This document shows, one piece after another, positions 8,375 through 21,895 of a stretch of DNA of 55,483 nt. Numbering within the stretch: position 1 is the stretch's first letter; the number at the start of each line of letters is the position of its first letter. The stretch comes from Eubacteriales bacterium (GTDB lineage: Bacteria; Bacillota; Clostridia; Oscillospirales; CAG-272): NCBI GenBank assembly GCA_045539995.1, contig JAZQGJ010000063.1, forward strand, positions 1 through 55,483. Reading direction: 5' to 3'. Position numbers and translations under genes: made by a program. The notes below the pieces were generated by a model. That model did not search any database. It was not told the DNA's origin and worked only from the letters and a program-made list of their open reading frames with translations.

Positions 8375-9361
8375 TTACCGTTCTTCGCGGAAGTAGGGAA
8401 GTCCCAAAGCCGCAGGCGGCTGATTTTCACGGGAATCTCTTATGCTTGTAATAATCAATACGATTACGGTAATCACGTAAGGCAGCATTTTGAGAAGCTC
8501 TCTTTGTACCGAGGAAATTCCACTCATAACGTAAGCGGCGATATAAAGACCTGCGAACAGTATAGAGCCGATAATACTTAAATTAGGCTTCCAAAGTGTG
8601 AAAATAACAAGCGCGATTGAGAGCCAACCAAAAGCTTCAATTGTATAAGCGTTTTCCCAGCTTCCCTTGATATAGTCCATTATATAGAAGAGTCCGCCAA
8701 TACCCGCGATACCGCTTCCTATAAGGATAGCGCAATATTTGTATGCTGTGACGTTTATACCTGCCGCGTCGGCTGTCGCAGGGTTTTCGCCAATAGCGCG
8801 CAGATGAAGTCCAAGACGCGTTCTGTTAAGAACAAATGCGGTAATAAGCGCAATAACTATTCCGAGATATACGAGTATGCCGTGTGAAAGGAAGATTTCG
8901 CCAAACCATCCGAGCTTGTCTGCAAAGGGAAGTCCTTTAGAAATCATCTTTCCCGCCGCCTCGAATAACGGCTGATTAGTTATACTTGCGGGTAGAACGT
9001 AAGTGTCCATAACGAACTGCGTAAGGCCCGAACCGAAAATAGTGATTGCAAGACCTGTGATATTCTGATTGCACCTCAATGTGACTGTCAAAAACGCGTA
9101 AATAGCGCCGAGACAAAGGGCGAATATAAAGGAGAGCATAACAGAATAAAAAACAAGAAGAAACCAAGAAGCGTCTGACGCAGAGGCAAGGGAATTCATA
9201 TAAAGAGAAACTCCAAGACAACCCCCCGCAGTTCCTGCGCACATAATACCCGGAATACCAAGATTGAGGTGTCCTGCCTTTTCGGTTATGATTTCACCTA
9301 CACAACCAAAAAGAAATACGGTTGCAAGAGCTATTGCGCCAACAAGAAGTGTAATAATCAT
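8375..9361 (-). CDS. Nucleoside ABC transporter permease (NupC-like)
   Basis: GEIITEKAGHLNLGIPG, LRAIGENPATADAAGINV, PPAALGLPY. Confidence 0.9.
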   Translation of the reverse strand: MIITLLVGAIALATVFLFGCVGEIITEKAGHLNLGIPGIMCAGTAGGCLGVSLYMNSLASASDASWFLLVFYSVMLSFIFALCLGAIYAFLTVTLRCNQNITGLAITIFGSGLTQFVMDTYVLPASITNQPLFEAAGKMISKGLPFADKLGWFGEIFLSHGILVYLGIVIALITAFVLNRTRLGLHLRAIGENPATADAAGINVTAYKYCAILIGSGIAGIGGLFYIMDYIKGSWENAYTIEAFGWLSIALVIFTLWKPNLSIIGSILFAGLYIAAYVMSGISSVQRELLKMLPYVITVIVLIITSIRDSRENQPPAALGLPYFREER

Positions 9362-10467
9362 TCCGATATCTCCTCTCTCTTTTTATTCTTGAAATTGAAT
9401 ACAACCTGATAGTTGATAAAGAACGCGCACGCTATTATGAAGAAATAAACAATGCCGACGATGAAGTTTGAAATTGCGTCGTTAGTGAATTTGAAGTCCT
9501 TACGAACCTGCACCATTCCTTTTGAAATAAAGGTGATAAAAAGACAGGATAGGAGCATCAGAAGCGGATTGAAGTTAGCAAGCCAAGCAGTCATTATTCC
9601 CGTAAAGCCCATATTGTTTGCCGACGAGGTGTTGACCGTGTAGTTGATAGCTCCGCCAATAAACAAGCCGACAAGACCGCAAATCGCGCCCGAAAGAATT
9701 AACGTACGAATTATGACCTTTTTTACGTCAATACCGATATATTTAGCGGTATTCTGGCTTTCACCGACAACCGCGATTTCATAGCCCTGCTTACTATACT
9801 TAAGGTATATATAGATAGCAATACATAGGATGAGAAAAACAATAATGGTGAGCAAATATTCGTTCACGAGTGTGGGAAGATGAGCATCCTTTAAAGGATA
9901 CAAAACTCCCGAGCCTCCCTTTACCCATATATTGATAAAGGTTGCGACAAGGCCTGACGCGATATAGTTCATCATAAGTGTAAAAAGCGATTCATTGGTA
10001 TTAAACAGCGCCTTGAAGATTGCGGGAATAAGCGCCCAGATAGCGCCCGAGAGAATACTTGCTATTATCATAATAATTATAACAACAGCATCGGGAAGCT
10101 TTCCGCCCAAGTAGTACATACAAGCGATAGTGGAAAGACAGCCGATAAGCACCTGTCCGTTTCCGCCGAGATTCCAGAACTTCATTTTGAAGGCGGGAAC
10201 AAGCGCAAGTGAAACGCCAAGCAGCAAAGCGCAGTCGCGAAGTAAAACCCAAATTTTTCTCGGTGTGGCGAAAGCGCCCTTAAACATTGCTTCAAAATAT
10301 GAAATCGGCGTGTTTCCTTTCGAGAAAATCGTACAAAGAATACTGCTGAAGATAAGTCCGCTTATAAGCGCAATGGCGTAGACCAGCGCTTTCTTTTTGA
10401 GTGAAAGAGAGTCACGCTTTACAATACGGATAAAAGGCTCGCGCTGAATTTTTTCGTGTTGCTTCAT
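9358..10467 (-). CDS. Nucleoside ABC transporter permease (NupB-like)
   Basis: FWNLGGNGQ, TNESLFTLMMNY, GYEIAVVGES. Confidence 0.9.
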   Translation of the reverse strand: MKQHEKIQREPFIRIVKRDSLSLKKKALVYAIALISGLIFSSILCTIFSKGNTPISYFEAMFKGAFATPRKIWVLLRDCALLLGVSLALVPAFKMKFWNLGGNGQVLIGCLSTIACMYYLGGKLPDAVVIIIMIIASILSGAIWALIPAIFKALFNTNESLFTLMMNYIASGLVATFINIWVKGGSGVLYPLKDAHLPTLVNEYLLTIIVFLILCIAIYIYLKYSKQGYEIAVVGESQNTAKYIGIDVKKVIIRTLILSGAICGLVGLFIGGAINYTVNTSSANNMGFTGIMTAWLANFNPLLMLLSCLFITFISKGMVQVRKDFKFTNDAISNFIVGIVYFFIIACAFFINYQVVFNFKNKKREEISE

Positions 10468-12017
10468 TACTCTTTTCCCCCTTTTGTATCGTGATTATCT
10501 GTTTTTACCATTAAAAGACCTATTTCTTCCTTCGTTGTGCTTCTCGCGTCGACAATTCCCGCGACTCGTCCCTGACTCATAACGAGTATTCTGTCGCAAA
10601 GCGACAGCAAAACGTCTAAGTCTTCACCGACAAATATTACGGCTACGCCGTTCTGCTTTTGCTTTGTCAAGAGATTATAAATCATATAGGAAGAGTTGAT
10701 GTCAAGACCTCTTACAGGGTATGCAGCCATCAAAACTGTAGGGATAGAAGCGATCTCACGACCTACAAGCACCTTCTGTACGTTTCCTCCCGAAAGGGTT
10801 CTTACCGCCGTATGAGATGACGGAGTGGAAATTTGCAGATTTTTAATTATTTCGCTTGCAAGGTCGGCAGGCGCGTTTCTGTCAACGAAAACCGACGCCC
10901 CTTTTCGATAGCTTCTGAGCATCATATTATCTACAATGTCCATATTTCCGACAAGGCCCATACCAAGTCTGTCTTCGGGAACAAAGGAAAGACGTACGCC
11001 GAGCTCTCTGATTTTTATAGGAGACTTTCCGAGAAGCTCCTCACATTTGTCACTTTCAGGCGGATAATAGCAAACGCTTCCTCCCGCTTCAACCCTCTGC
11101 AAGCCCGCTATTGCTTCGAGAAGCTCTCTCTGTCCCGAGCCTGCAATACCCGCGATACCGAGAATTTCGCCGCTATCAACCGAGAATGAAACGTTATCCA
11201 GCACGCGAAAACCCTCGCTGTCGGTAATAGAAACCGAGTCTATTTTAAGCCGAAGCTGCGGATTTTCCGGCATAGGACGGTCTATGTTCAAATCTATCTT
11301 CTGACCGACCATCATTTCAGTAAGCTCGCGCTCGCTTGTTTCTGAGGTGTTTACAGTCGCGATATGCTCGCCCTTTCGCATAACCGTAACTCTGTCCGAA
11401 ATTTCCATAACCTCATTTAATTTATGCGTTATTATAACGATAGACTTTCCGTCATTACGCATAGCGCGAAGAATGTCAAACAGACGGCGTATTTCCTGAG
11501 GAGTAAGAACTGCCGTTGGCTCGTCGAGAATAAGAATGTCTGCGCCACGGTACAAGACCTTTATAATTTCAACGGTCTGCTTTTCCGACACCGACATTTC
11601 GTGAATTTTTTTATCGGGATCTATATTAAATCCGTATTTCTCGCACATTTCGAGAATACGTTTTTTTACCAGCTTTAAGTTGTATTTTCCATCTTTGATA
11701 CCGAGAGTTATATTTTCTGCGGCAGTGAAAACGTCAATCAGCTTGAAGTGCTGATGTATCATGCCTATTCTGTATTTAAAGGCGTCTTTAGGCGATGTTA
11801 TTTTTACTTCCTCGCCCTTTATAAAAATTTTTCCTGTATCGGGATAATAAATTCCCGCTATCATATTCATAAGGGTGGTTTTTCCGCACCCGTTTTCTCC
11901 GAGAACAGAGAGAATTTCTCCTTCTCTTATATCCATAGTGACGTTGTTATTAGCGATAATCTTGTTGCTAAAGGTTTTTGTAATGCCTTCTACTTTAATA
12001 GCTATGGGTTTTCCCAT
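10467..12017 (-). CDS. Nucleoside ABC transporter ATP-binding protein (NupA-like, two ABC domains)
   Basis: GENGCGKTT, LILDEPT, LSGGNVQK. Confidence 0.9.
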   Translation of the reverse strand: MGKPIAIKVEGITKTFSNKIIANNNVTMDIREGEILSVLGENGCGKTTLMNMIAGIYYPDTGKIFIKGEEVKITSPKDAFKYRIGMIHQHFKLIDVFTAAENITLGIKDGKYNLKLVKKRILEMCEKYGFNIDPDKKIHEMSVSEKQTVEIIKVLYRGADILILDEPTAVLTPQEIRRLFDILRAMRNDGKSIVIITHKLNEVMEISDRVTVMRKGEHIATVNTSETSERELTEMMVGQKIDLNIDRPMPENPQLRLKIDSVSITDSEGFRVLDNVSFSVDSGEILGIAGIAGSGQRELLEAIAGLQRVEAGGSVCYYPPESDKCEELLGKSPIKIRELGVRLSFVPEDRLGMGLVGNMDIVDNMMLRSYRKGASVFVDRNAPADLASEIIKNLQISTPSSHTAVRTLSGGNVQKVLVGREIASIPTVLMAAYPVRGLDINSSYMIYNLLTKQKQNGVAVIFVGEDLDVLLSLCDRILVMSQGRVAGIVDARSTTKEEIGLLMVKTDNHDTKGGKE

Positions 12018-12114
12018 TTTTTTAATCCTTCCTGAAAAAACTCAAAAATATAGAACAAAATAAGAACACAAGGCGGAGTTAAAAACCCCGCCAAATGTTT
12101 TTTAATTTTAACTA

Positions 12115-13317
12115 TTATTCAACGATGGTGATACCGTCGATTATGATATTGAAGTAAGGAGCAGAACGGAATTCGGACTCGTGGAAGTAACCGTCGATTA
12201 CTACCTCTGTTTCGCCTGTATATGTTCCGTCATCATCAACGTCTGCGAGGTAAGTTGTCAACTTCTCGCCTTTAACTGTGAACGTGTCTGTGTCAAATAC
12301 CTTGAGTGTGCCGTCGTTAAGCTTTGCTACAAGCTCGTCAAGCTTTGCCTGTGTGCCTTCAGCAGCAGCCTCGCCGACAGCAGTAATCTGAACTGCGCCG
12401 TTCTTGAGAGAGCCTGTCCAGTCGGCAGCAATATCTTCGCCGTTAGCTACGCAATCAATCATATATTCGAAGTAAGGAATCCAGTTGATCTTGGAAGCAA
12501 TAACGAATGTATTTGTCTTGTTTGTAGCACCATTGTAGGAAACGTTAGGAATATTAGCGTTTTCACAAGCTGTGGGAGCGCCCATAGAGTCGGCGTGCTG
12601 AGAAATGAGCTTGCAACCGTTTGCGATAAGAGCTTCAGCGGTTGTCTTTTCAGCTGTTTCGTCATACCAAGAGCCTGTGTAACGAACTTCCATAGTAACG
12701 TTGGGAACTATGTACTTAACGCCGAGATAGAAGGATGTGTAACCCGAAATAACCTCTGCATAAGGATGCGCGCCAACATAACCTATCTTTGCTTCCTCGT
12801 CAGCGATAGCGCCATCGTTATCTGTGTCATAGATTTCAAGAAGCTTCAAGCCTGCAGCAACACCTGCAAGGAATCTTCCTTCGTAGATAGAAGCGAATGC
12901 GTTCTGGAAGTTAGCGATGTTAGCTGTATGAGCCTGTGTACCTGTTGCATGGCAGAACTGTACGTTCGGGAACTCTTTTGCAGCGTTAATCATGTAAGGC
13001 TCATGACCGAAAGAGTCAGCGAAAACTACGTTGTATCCGTCGTCTGCAAAGTCAGCAGCTGCCTGATAGCACTCCTCGTTTTCGTCGATGTCGGTGATGA
13101 TTGTGTAATCATCCTCAGATAAGCCCTTGTTAGCGCAAGCGGTTTTGAATGCGTCGATAAAGTTCTTGTCGTAGGTGGAGCTATCTCCGTGCAAGCAGAT
13201 AAGAGCTGCTTTTACTTTTGTTGCTTCAGAGTTGTCGTCAGCTTTGTCGCAGGATGCAAGAGCCAAGCAGCTGAATGCAAACACAACAACGAGAAGCATA
13301 GCAAGAATCTTCTTCAT
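12115..13317 (-). CDS. BMP family ABC substrate-binding lipoprotein
   Basis: Lipobox LASC, IYEGRFLAGVAAG, ISQHADS. Confidence 0.9.
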   Translation of the reverse strand: MKKILAMLLVVVFAFSCLALASCDKADDNSEATKVKAALICLHGDSSTYDKNFIDAFKTACANKGLSEDDYTIITDIDENEECYQAAADFADDGYNVVFADSFGHEPYMINAAKEFPNVQFCHATGTQAHTANIANFQNAFASIYEGRFLAGVAAGLKLLEIYDTDNDGAIADEEAKIGYVGAHPYAEVISGYTSFYLGVKYIVPNVTMEVRYTGSWYDETAEKTTAEALIANGCKLISQHADSMGAPTACENANIPNVSYNGATNKTNTFVIASKINWIPYFEYMIDCVANGEDIAADWTGSLKNGAVQITAVGEAAAEGTQAKLDELVAKLNDGTLKVFDTDTFTVKGEKLTTYLADVDDDGTYTGETEVVIDGYFHESEFRSAPYFNIIIDGITIVE

Positions 13318-13573
13318 TTTTTTCTCCTTTTTGCCTTTTTGGCGTATAAATTTTATTTATGTCAAGCTAAAAAAAGCCGAACACCGAATTAAAGTTATAC
13401 AGAGTTAAAATTACAATGATAAAGAAAAAATATATATAAATAATTTTACCACAAATATTTTTACATTTCAAGTACTTTTTTGCCGAAATATGAAGAAAAA
13501 AGAATATTTTTTAATTTATTTGTGAAAAGAGGAAAGAAGAAAAAAGAAAAAAGCAAAATTCACACATTTTTGC

Positions 13574-13602
13574 TTGACGAAAATAAAAAAATATTGTATC
13601 AT
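13574..13602 (+). promoter_or_regulatory. Likely promoter of copA
   Basis: TTGACG-17 bp-TATCAT. Confidence 0.55.
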
Positions 13603-13649
13603 TTGTTTGTGAAAATATTTATTTCTTTAAACGGTGAGGTCAATAAAAA

Positions 13650-16151
13650 ATGAGGCGCTTTGTTGTCAGCGGTATGAGCTGCGCCGCTTGCAGCTCAAAG
13701 GTGGAAAGAGCAGTTTCCAAAATAAACGGAGTGAAATCCTGCGCAGTTAATCTCCTTACAGGCGAAATGGCTGTTGATGGCGACGTGTCAAGCGACACTG
13801 TAATACGAGCTGTCGAAAAGGCGGGCTACCGCGCAAAAATAAAAGGAACGAATAAAGAAAAAGAGAATAAAGAAAAAGAGACGGACAGAGAAGTAAAAAA
13901 GACGGTTGTAAAATTGACGTCTTCGGCAGTTTTTCTGCTTTTACTTATGTATTGCTCAATGGGGCATACAATGCTCGGCTGGAAATTACCCGCATTTTTT
14001 GAAGGGAATTCCTTGGCAGTAGCAATATTACAGATGATTTTATGCGCAGTCATAATGGTCATAAATCAAAGATTTTTTATAAACGGCTTTTTGGGGCTCT
14101 TAAGAAGAAGTCCGAATATGGATACGCTTGTCTCGCTCGGCTCAGGCGCCGCCTTTGTCTACAGCGTCTGTATTTTGTTTTCTATGACGAATGCGTTAAA
14201 GGCGGGAGATATAGGGGCACTTAACGCTTATATACACGAGCTGTATTTCGAATCAGCCGCTATGGTTTTGGTGATTATAACGCTCGGAAAGCTGTTAGAG
14301 AGTATTTCAAAAGGGAAAGCAGCCAACGCTTTAAAGTCGCTTATGAAGCTCGTACCTCAAAACGCCTGCGTCATAAGAAACGGCAAGGAGGTAACGCTTC
14401 CTATAGACGAGGTCGTCGTTGACGATATATTTACCGTGCGCCCGGGCGAAAGCATTCCGCTTGACGGAGTTGTGATCGAGGGCGATAGCGCCGTAAACGA
14501 ATCTGTCTTGACAGGCGAAAGCATTCCCGTAGATAAAAAGGTCGGCTCTTTACTTTACGCCGCAACCCTAAATCAGTCGGGATTTTTGAAATGCCGAGTG
14601 ACGAGAGTGGGCGACGACACCGCTATAGCGCAGATTATAAAAACCGTAAACAATGCGCTGACGACAAAAGCGCCTATCGCAAAAATAGCCGATAAGGTTT
14701 CGGGCGTGTTTGTCCCCTGTGTAATGGCAGTGTCGCTTATAACACTGCTTTGTTGGCTTCTTTCGGGGCAGTCGGTAGGCTTTGCGCTTGCGAGAAGTGT
14801 TTCCGTGTTGGTAATAAGCTGCCCTTGCGCGCTTGGAATAGCGACCCCCGTTTCTATAATGGTAGCGAGTGGGAAGGGCGCTAAAAACGGAATTTTGTTC
14901 AAAACAGCCGTTTCTCTTGAGCAAATGGCAAAAATAAAAACCGTCGCGCTTGATAAAACGGGAACTCTCACGGCAGGAGAGCCTGAGGTCACAGATATTT
15001 TGCCTGTCGGCAACGTATCAGAGTCAGAGCTTGTCACCTTAGCCGCATCCTTGGAAGCAAAAAGCGAGCATCCGCTTGCAAAGGCGATAATTAAATATGC
15101 CGACAGAGTCGGGCTTGAGTTAAATGAGGTAAGTGAATTTAAAAGTCTGGCAGGCAACGGACTCTGCGCTATTTGTAACGGAAAGGCGCTTTGCGGCGGA
15201 AAAGAAGAATACATTAAAGAAAATACGTCTATACCCGAAGATACTCTCGAAAGCGTACAAAAGCTCTCGTCGGAGGGGAAAACACCTATGTATTTCTCAT
15301 ACGGGGATAGTCTTATAGGTGTTATAGCGGTTTCTGATACCGTAAGAGCAGACAGCAAAAGCGCCGTAAGAGAGCTTCATAGCTTAGGTATGAAGGTCGT
15401 CATGATTACAGGCGACAATGAGCGAAGCGCTAACGCAATAGCCTCCCAGCTCGGTATAGAGACGGTCTATTCGGGAATATTGCCGAACGGAAAATCAGAG
15501 GTAGTGGAAAAGCTCTCGGCAGAGGGAATGACGGCTATGGTGGGCGACGGAGTAAATGACGCGCCTGCATTAGTTTGCGCCGACGTAGGCATTGCTATAG
15601 GCGCAGGCACCGACGTGGCGATAGATTCTGCCGACGTTGTTCTTATGAAAAATTCGCTCTTGGACCTATGCGCCGCAATAAGACTCGCTCGCGCTACGCT
15701 CAGAAACATAAAAGAAAACTTGTTCTGGGCATTCATATATAATATAATAGGCATACCGCTTGCCGCAGGCGCCTGGATATTTATAAACGGCTGGGAAATG
15801 AATCCCGTATTCGGCGCCATGGCGATGAGCCTTTCAAGCATTTGTGTCGTCTCGAACGCCTTGAGACTGAATCTGGCAAAAATAAAGTCGGACGCAAATA
15901 CGGAAAACGAAAATAGTAAAAAAATAAACAGTAAAGGAAGGAAAGTTATGAAAATCGAAATTAAGGTAGAAGGCATGATGTGTGCGCACTGTGAAGCCCA
16001 CGTAAAGCGCGCTTTAGAGGCTATCGACGGAGTTTCTCTTGCCGAGGCAAGTCACGAAAAGGGAAACGTTATAATTACTTTAGCAAAGGATATCCCCGTA
16101 GAAGCGCTTGAAAGAGCGATAACCGACGAGGGCTATACTGTAATTAAATAA
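13650..16151 (+). CDS. copA: Copper-translocating P1B-type ATPase with N- and C-terminal HMA domains
   Basis: GMSCAAC, TGES, CPC, DKTGT, SEHP, GDGVND, YN..IP, C-terminal GMMCAHC. Confidence 0.92.
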   Translation: MRRFVVSGMSCAACSSKVERAVSKINGVKSCAVNLLTGEMAVDGDVSSDTVIRAVEKAGYRAKIKGTNKEKENKEKETDREVKKTVVKLTSSAVFLLLLMYCSMGHTMLGWKLPAFFEGNSLAVAILQMILCAVIMVINQRFFINGFLGLLRRSPNMDTLVSLGSGAAFVYSVCILFSMTNALKAGDIGALNAYIHELYFESAAMVLVIITLGKLLESISKGKAANALKSLMKLVPQNACVIRNGKEVTLPIDEVVVDDIFTVRPGESIPLDGVVIEGDSAVNESVLTGESIPVDKKVGSLLYAATLNQSGFLKCRVTRVGDDTAIAQIIKTVNNALTTKAPIAKIADKVSGVFVPCVMAVSLITLLCWLLSGQSVGFALARSVSVLVISCPCALGIATPVSIMVASGKGAKNGILFKTAVSLEQMAKIKTVALDKTGTLTAGEPEVTDILPVGNVSESELVTLAASLEAKSEHPLAKAIIKYADRVGLELNEVSEFKSLAGNGLCAICNGKALCGGKEEYIKENTSIPEDTLESVQKLSSEGKTPMYFSYGDSLIGVIAVSDTVRADSKSAVRELHSLGMKVVMITGDNERSANAIASQLGIETVYSGILPNGKSEVVEKLSAEGMTAMVGDGVNDAPALVCADVGIAIGAGTDVAIDSADVVLMKNSLLDLCAAIRLARATLRNIKENLFWAFIYNIIGIPLAAGAWIFINGWEMNPVFGAMAMSLSSICVVSNALRLNLAKIKSDANTENENSKKINSKGRKVMKIEIKVEGMMCAHCEAHVKRALEAIDGVSLAEASHEKGNVIITLAKDIPVEALERAITDEGYTVIK

Positions 16152-16175
16152 TAAAGAATTGTGAGGAGAAATAAA

Positions 16176-16514
16176 ATGGATTGTATTTTTTGTATGATAG
16201 CGGAAGGGAAAATCCCTTCAAAAAAGGTATATGAGGACGATGAAATTCTTTCGTTTCACGACGTAAATCCTCAAGCACCCGTTCACGTGCTTGTAATTCC
16301 GAAAACGCATATCTGCTGTCTTGATGCCGTAAATTCGGAAAACAGCGACGTTATAAAAAGGATATTTGAGAAAATTCCCGAAATAGCAAGAGAGGCAGGA
16401 ATAACAAACGGCTACAGACTTATATCCAACTGCGGCGAGGACGCTTGTCAGACGGTAAAGCATTTGCATTTTCATATTTTAGGCGGCTGCAAGATGCAAG
16501 AGGGAATGATATAA
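16176..16514 (+). CDS. Histidine triad (HIT) nucleotide-binding protein
   Basis: DCIFC...HLHFHILGG. Confidence 0.92.
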   Translation: MDCIFCMIAEGKIPSKKVYEDDEILSFHDVNPQAPVHVLVIPKTHICCLDAVNSENSDVIKRIFEKIPEIAREAGITNGYRLISNCGEDACQTVKHLHFHILGGCKMQEGMI

Positions 16515-16589
16515 AAGCAGCGTAGAGTAAAACGCAATTTTCTATGAAATGCAAAAAGCGCAATTTAAAGCTTGACAGGAGATTTTATC

Positions 16590-17669
16590 ATGGCAAAAAT
16601 AAAAGAATTTGACAGGGAATTTTTTAAAAATATTGTTTTCGATATCGAGGGCTTGAATTTTTACGATATAACAGAAGAGCCCTTTAAAATACACGGTCTT
16701 ATCCGTCCTGAAAATGAAAATGACACGTTCAGAAGAATGCCGCGTGAAATAGCAGAAAAGGTGAGCGAGGGCGTCAAGAGAATTCATACGAACACGGCAG
16801 GCGGAAGAGTGAGATTTAAAACTAATTCGTCAAGGATTGCAATTTTTGCAAAAATGCCGACCATATGCAAATGGCCGCACTTTGCTCTGACAGGAAGCGC
16901 AGGCTTTGACGTATACGTAAACAATAAATACTTTAAAACCTTTATTCCGCCATATGATATGAAGGACGGCTATAGTGGGGTAGTAAATACAAAAAACAAT
17001 GACGAAAAGGAAATACATATAAATTTCCCTCTCTATAGCGACGTTTCCTCTCTTGTGATAGGACTCGACAAGGGCGCATCGGTCAGCGCGCCGCCCCCGT
17101 ATAAGCATGAAAAGCCTGTCGTTTACTACGGCTCATCAATCACGCAAGGCGGCTTTGCTTCCCGTTCGGGAATTGCTTATGAGGAGGCAATTTCAAGACG
17201 TCTTGACTGTGATTATATCAACTTAGGCTTTGCAAGCAACGCGAAAGGCGAAAGGGAAATGGCTGAATATATAAGAAGTCTTGATATGAGCGCTTTCGTG
17301 TATGACTATGACGCGAATGCTGATGACGCAGAGTATTTGCAAAAAACGCATAAGCGTATGTTCGACATTATAAGAGAGAGAAATCCCGAATTGCCTATTA
17401 TTATGCTTACGTTTCCGAATGCGTCACTTAGTGAGGACTATGAAAAACGCCGTGTAGTTATAAAGAATACCTATTTAGACGCTTTGAATAGCGGAGACAA
17501 AAACGTTTACTTTATAGACGGCTGCGAAATGATGCGCGAGGCGTCGGACGACAACTCTACAACGGTGGACGATATTCACCCCAATGATTACGGATTTGTG
17601 GTAATGGCGAAGAAAATAGGCGACACACTTGAAAAGGCGCTCGCTTCAATATGGCATAATGCCGATTAA
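16590..17669 (+). CDS. SGNH/GDSL hydrolase family protein
   Basis: YYGSSITQG block I, NLGF, DDIHPND. Confidence 0.85.
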   Translation: MAKIKEFDREFFKNIVFDIEGLNFYDITEEPFKIHGLIRPENENDTFRRMPREIAEKVSEGVKRIHTNTAGGRVRFKTNSSRIAIFAKMPTICKWPHFALTGSAGFDVYVNNKYFKTFIPPYDMKDGYSGVVNTKNNDEKEIHINFPLYSDVSSLVIGLDKGASVSAPPPYKHEKPVVYYGSSITQGGFASRSGIAYEEAISRRLDCDYINLGFASNAKGEREMAEYIRSLDMSAFVYDYDANADDAEYLQKTHKRMFDIIRERNPELPIIMLTFPNASLSEDYEKRRVVIKNTYLDALNSGDKNVYFIDGCEMMREASDDNSTTVDDIHPNDYGFVVMAKKIGDTLEKALASIWHNAD

Positions 17670-17693
17670 AGGGCGCTTATGGAGACATAAGGA

Positions 17694-17732
17694 AAAGAGG
17701 CTGCGGATTTTAATAAATTCGCAGCCTTTTTT
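17694..17732 (+). terminator. Rho-independent terminator
   Basis: AGGCTGCG...CGCAGCCTTTTTT. Confidence 0.75.
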
Positions 17733-17856
17733 GCGATAGAAGTGAATAAAAATTCAAAAATATTTGCATTTCGTAATAAACTGTGCTATAATATTTTGAG
17801 TAGTGTTTTTTTCGAAAATACAGACGAAAAAAGTTTTTGGAGTATCGGGAGACAGT

Positions 17857-19173
17857 ATGGTAAAAATTGTCGGAGTGGAGAAGAATTCGCTCGCAGCTAA
17901 AAGCGGTATAAAAAAAGACGATATTTTAGTCGCCATAAACGGAAATGATATTAACGACGTTTTGGATTACCGTTTTTATCTTACAGAGAAGAAAATAGAA
18001 ATTTCTCTTATGCGAGGCGAAAAGCCCTTTTCCGTAAAAATACGAAAGGACACCTATGACGATATAGGGCTTGATTTTGAAACTCCTCTTATGGATAAGA
18101 AGCAGTCCTGTAAAAATAAGTGTATTTTTTGTTTTATAGACCAGCTACCGAAGGGTATGCGTGAAACTCTCTATTTTAAGGATGACGATTCAAGGCTTTC
18201 CTTCTTGCACGGAAACTATATAACCCTTACTAATTTACAGGACAAGGATATAGACCGTATAATCAAGATGCGCTTTTCTCCCATAAACGTCTCAATTCAT
18301 ACGACAAACCCCGAATTGAGAGTCAAAATGATGAAGAACAAGCGCGCAGGCGAGGTTCTTTCATATCTTGACAGATTAGCTGACTCCGACATAAAAATGC
18401 ACGGACAAATCGTGCTCTGCCGAGGCGTAAACGATAGAGACGAGCTTGACAGGACTATGAAGGACCTATCACGCTTATATCCCGCGCTTGAAAGCATGTC
18501 GGTTGTGCCTGCGGGGCTTACCGATTTCAGAGACGGGCTTTATCCGCTTTCCCCATTTTCTTCCGAGGAATGCGCGTCTGTTATTTCCCAGATAGACGCT
18601 TTTGCCACGAGCTTTAAAGAAAAGCACGGGACGCGCCTTTTCTACGCATCAGACGAGTTTTATATAAAAGCGGGACTCGACATTCCCGACGAGGACTATT
18701 ACGAGGAATATCATCAGATAGAGAACGGTGTCGGTATGCTTCGTTCCTTGCGCTCGGAGTTCGATTTCGAGCTTTCGGAAATGAAAAAGCACGGTGAACT
18801 TACTGACGACTACTCGTTATGCGTTTCAATAGCTACGGGATACGCCGCGTACGAGCATATAAAGGATATGTGCGAGCAACTGCAGAGGCTATTTCCCCGT
18901 CTGAAAATTTCCGTTTACGCAATCAAAAACAACTTTTTCGGAGAGCATATTACTGTCGCGGGACTATTGACAGGTAAGGACCTGTACGAGCAGTTAAAGG
19001 ACAAAGAGCTTGGCGAGCGTCTTATAATCCCAGCGAATGCGTTAAGATATGACCGAGACCTGTTCCTTTGTGGAATGAGCCTTGACGAGCTTTCCGAGAA
19101 GCTCAACGTGAAAATAATACCTAATGAAAACGATGGATATGCTTTAATATCCGCAATACTACAGAGAGAGTGA
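17857..19173 (+). CDS. PDZ plus radical-SAM-like DUF512 protein
   Basis: N-terminal PDZ-like segment, CKNKCIFC, KDDDSRLSFLHGNYITLTN, QIENGVG; upstream of der. Confidence 0.85.
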   Translation: MVKIVGVEKNSLAAKSGIKKDDILVAINGNDINDVLDYRFYLTEKKIEISLMRGEKPFSVKIRKDTYDDIGLDFETPLMDKKQSCKNKCIFCFIDQLPKGMRETLYFKDDDSRLSFLHGNYITLTNLQDKDIDRIIKMRFSPINVSIHTTNPELRVKMMKNKRAGEVLSYLDRLADSDIKMHGQIVLCRGVNDRDELDRTMKDLSRLYPALESMSVVPAGLTDFRDGLYPLSPFSSEECASVISQIDAFATSFKEKHGTRLFYASDEFYIKAGLDIPDEDYYEEYHQIENGVGMLRSLRSEFDFELSEMKKHGELTDDYSLCVSIATGYAAYEHIKDMCEQLQRLFPRLKISVYAIKNNFFGEHITVAGLLTGKDLYEQLKDKELGERLIIPANALRYDRDLFLCGMSLDELSEKLNVKIIPNENDGYALISAILQRE

Positions 19174-19183
19174 GGTGCAAAAT

Positions 19184-21837
<2,654 letters not shown>

Positions 21838-21852
21838 AATTTTATATTCAGT

Positions 21853-21895
21853 AAAAAAATCCGTTCCTTGCGTTATGCGAAGAACGGATTTTTTT
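21853..21895. terminator. Bidirectional terminator after obgE
   Basis: AAAAAAATCCGTTC...GAACGGATTTTTTT. Confidence 0.75.

Noticed and set aside
12181-13122. 313-aa antisense ORF over the BMP lipoprotein gene
   Set aside because: Shadow frame of a strongly codon-biased gene; Cys/Val-rich, no RBS
13318-13560. Purine riboswitch upstream of the nucleoside ABC operon
   Set aside because: Conserved core (TATAAT...TATGG...GTTTCTAC...CCGTAAA) not found on the minus strand
14573-15976. Long antisense ORFs (261 and 169 aa) in copA, and similar antisense ORFs in typA, the dcw genes and recD2
   Set aside because: Fully antisense to well-supported conserved genes, with no initiation signals
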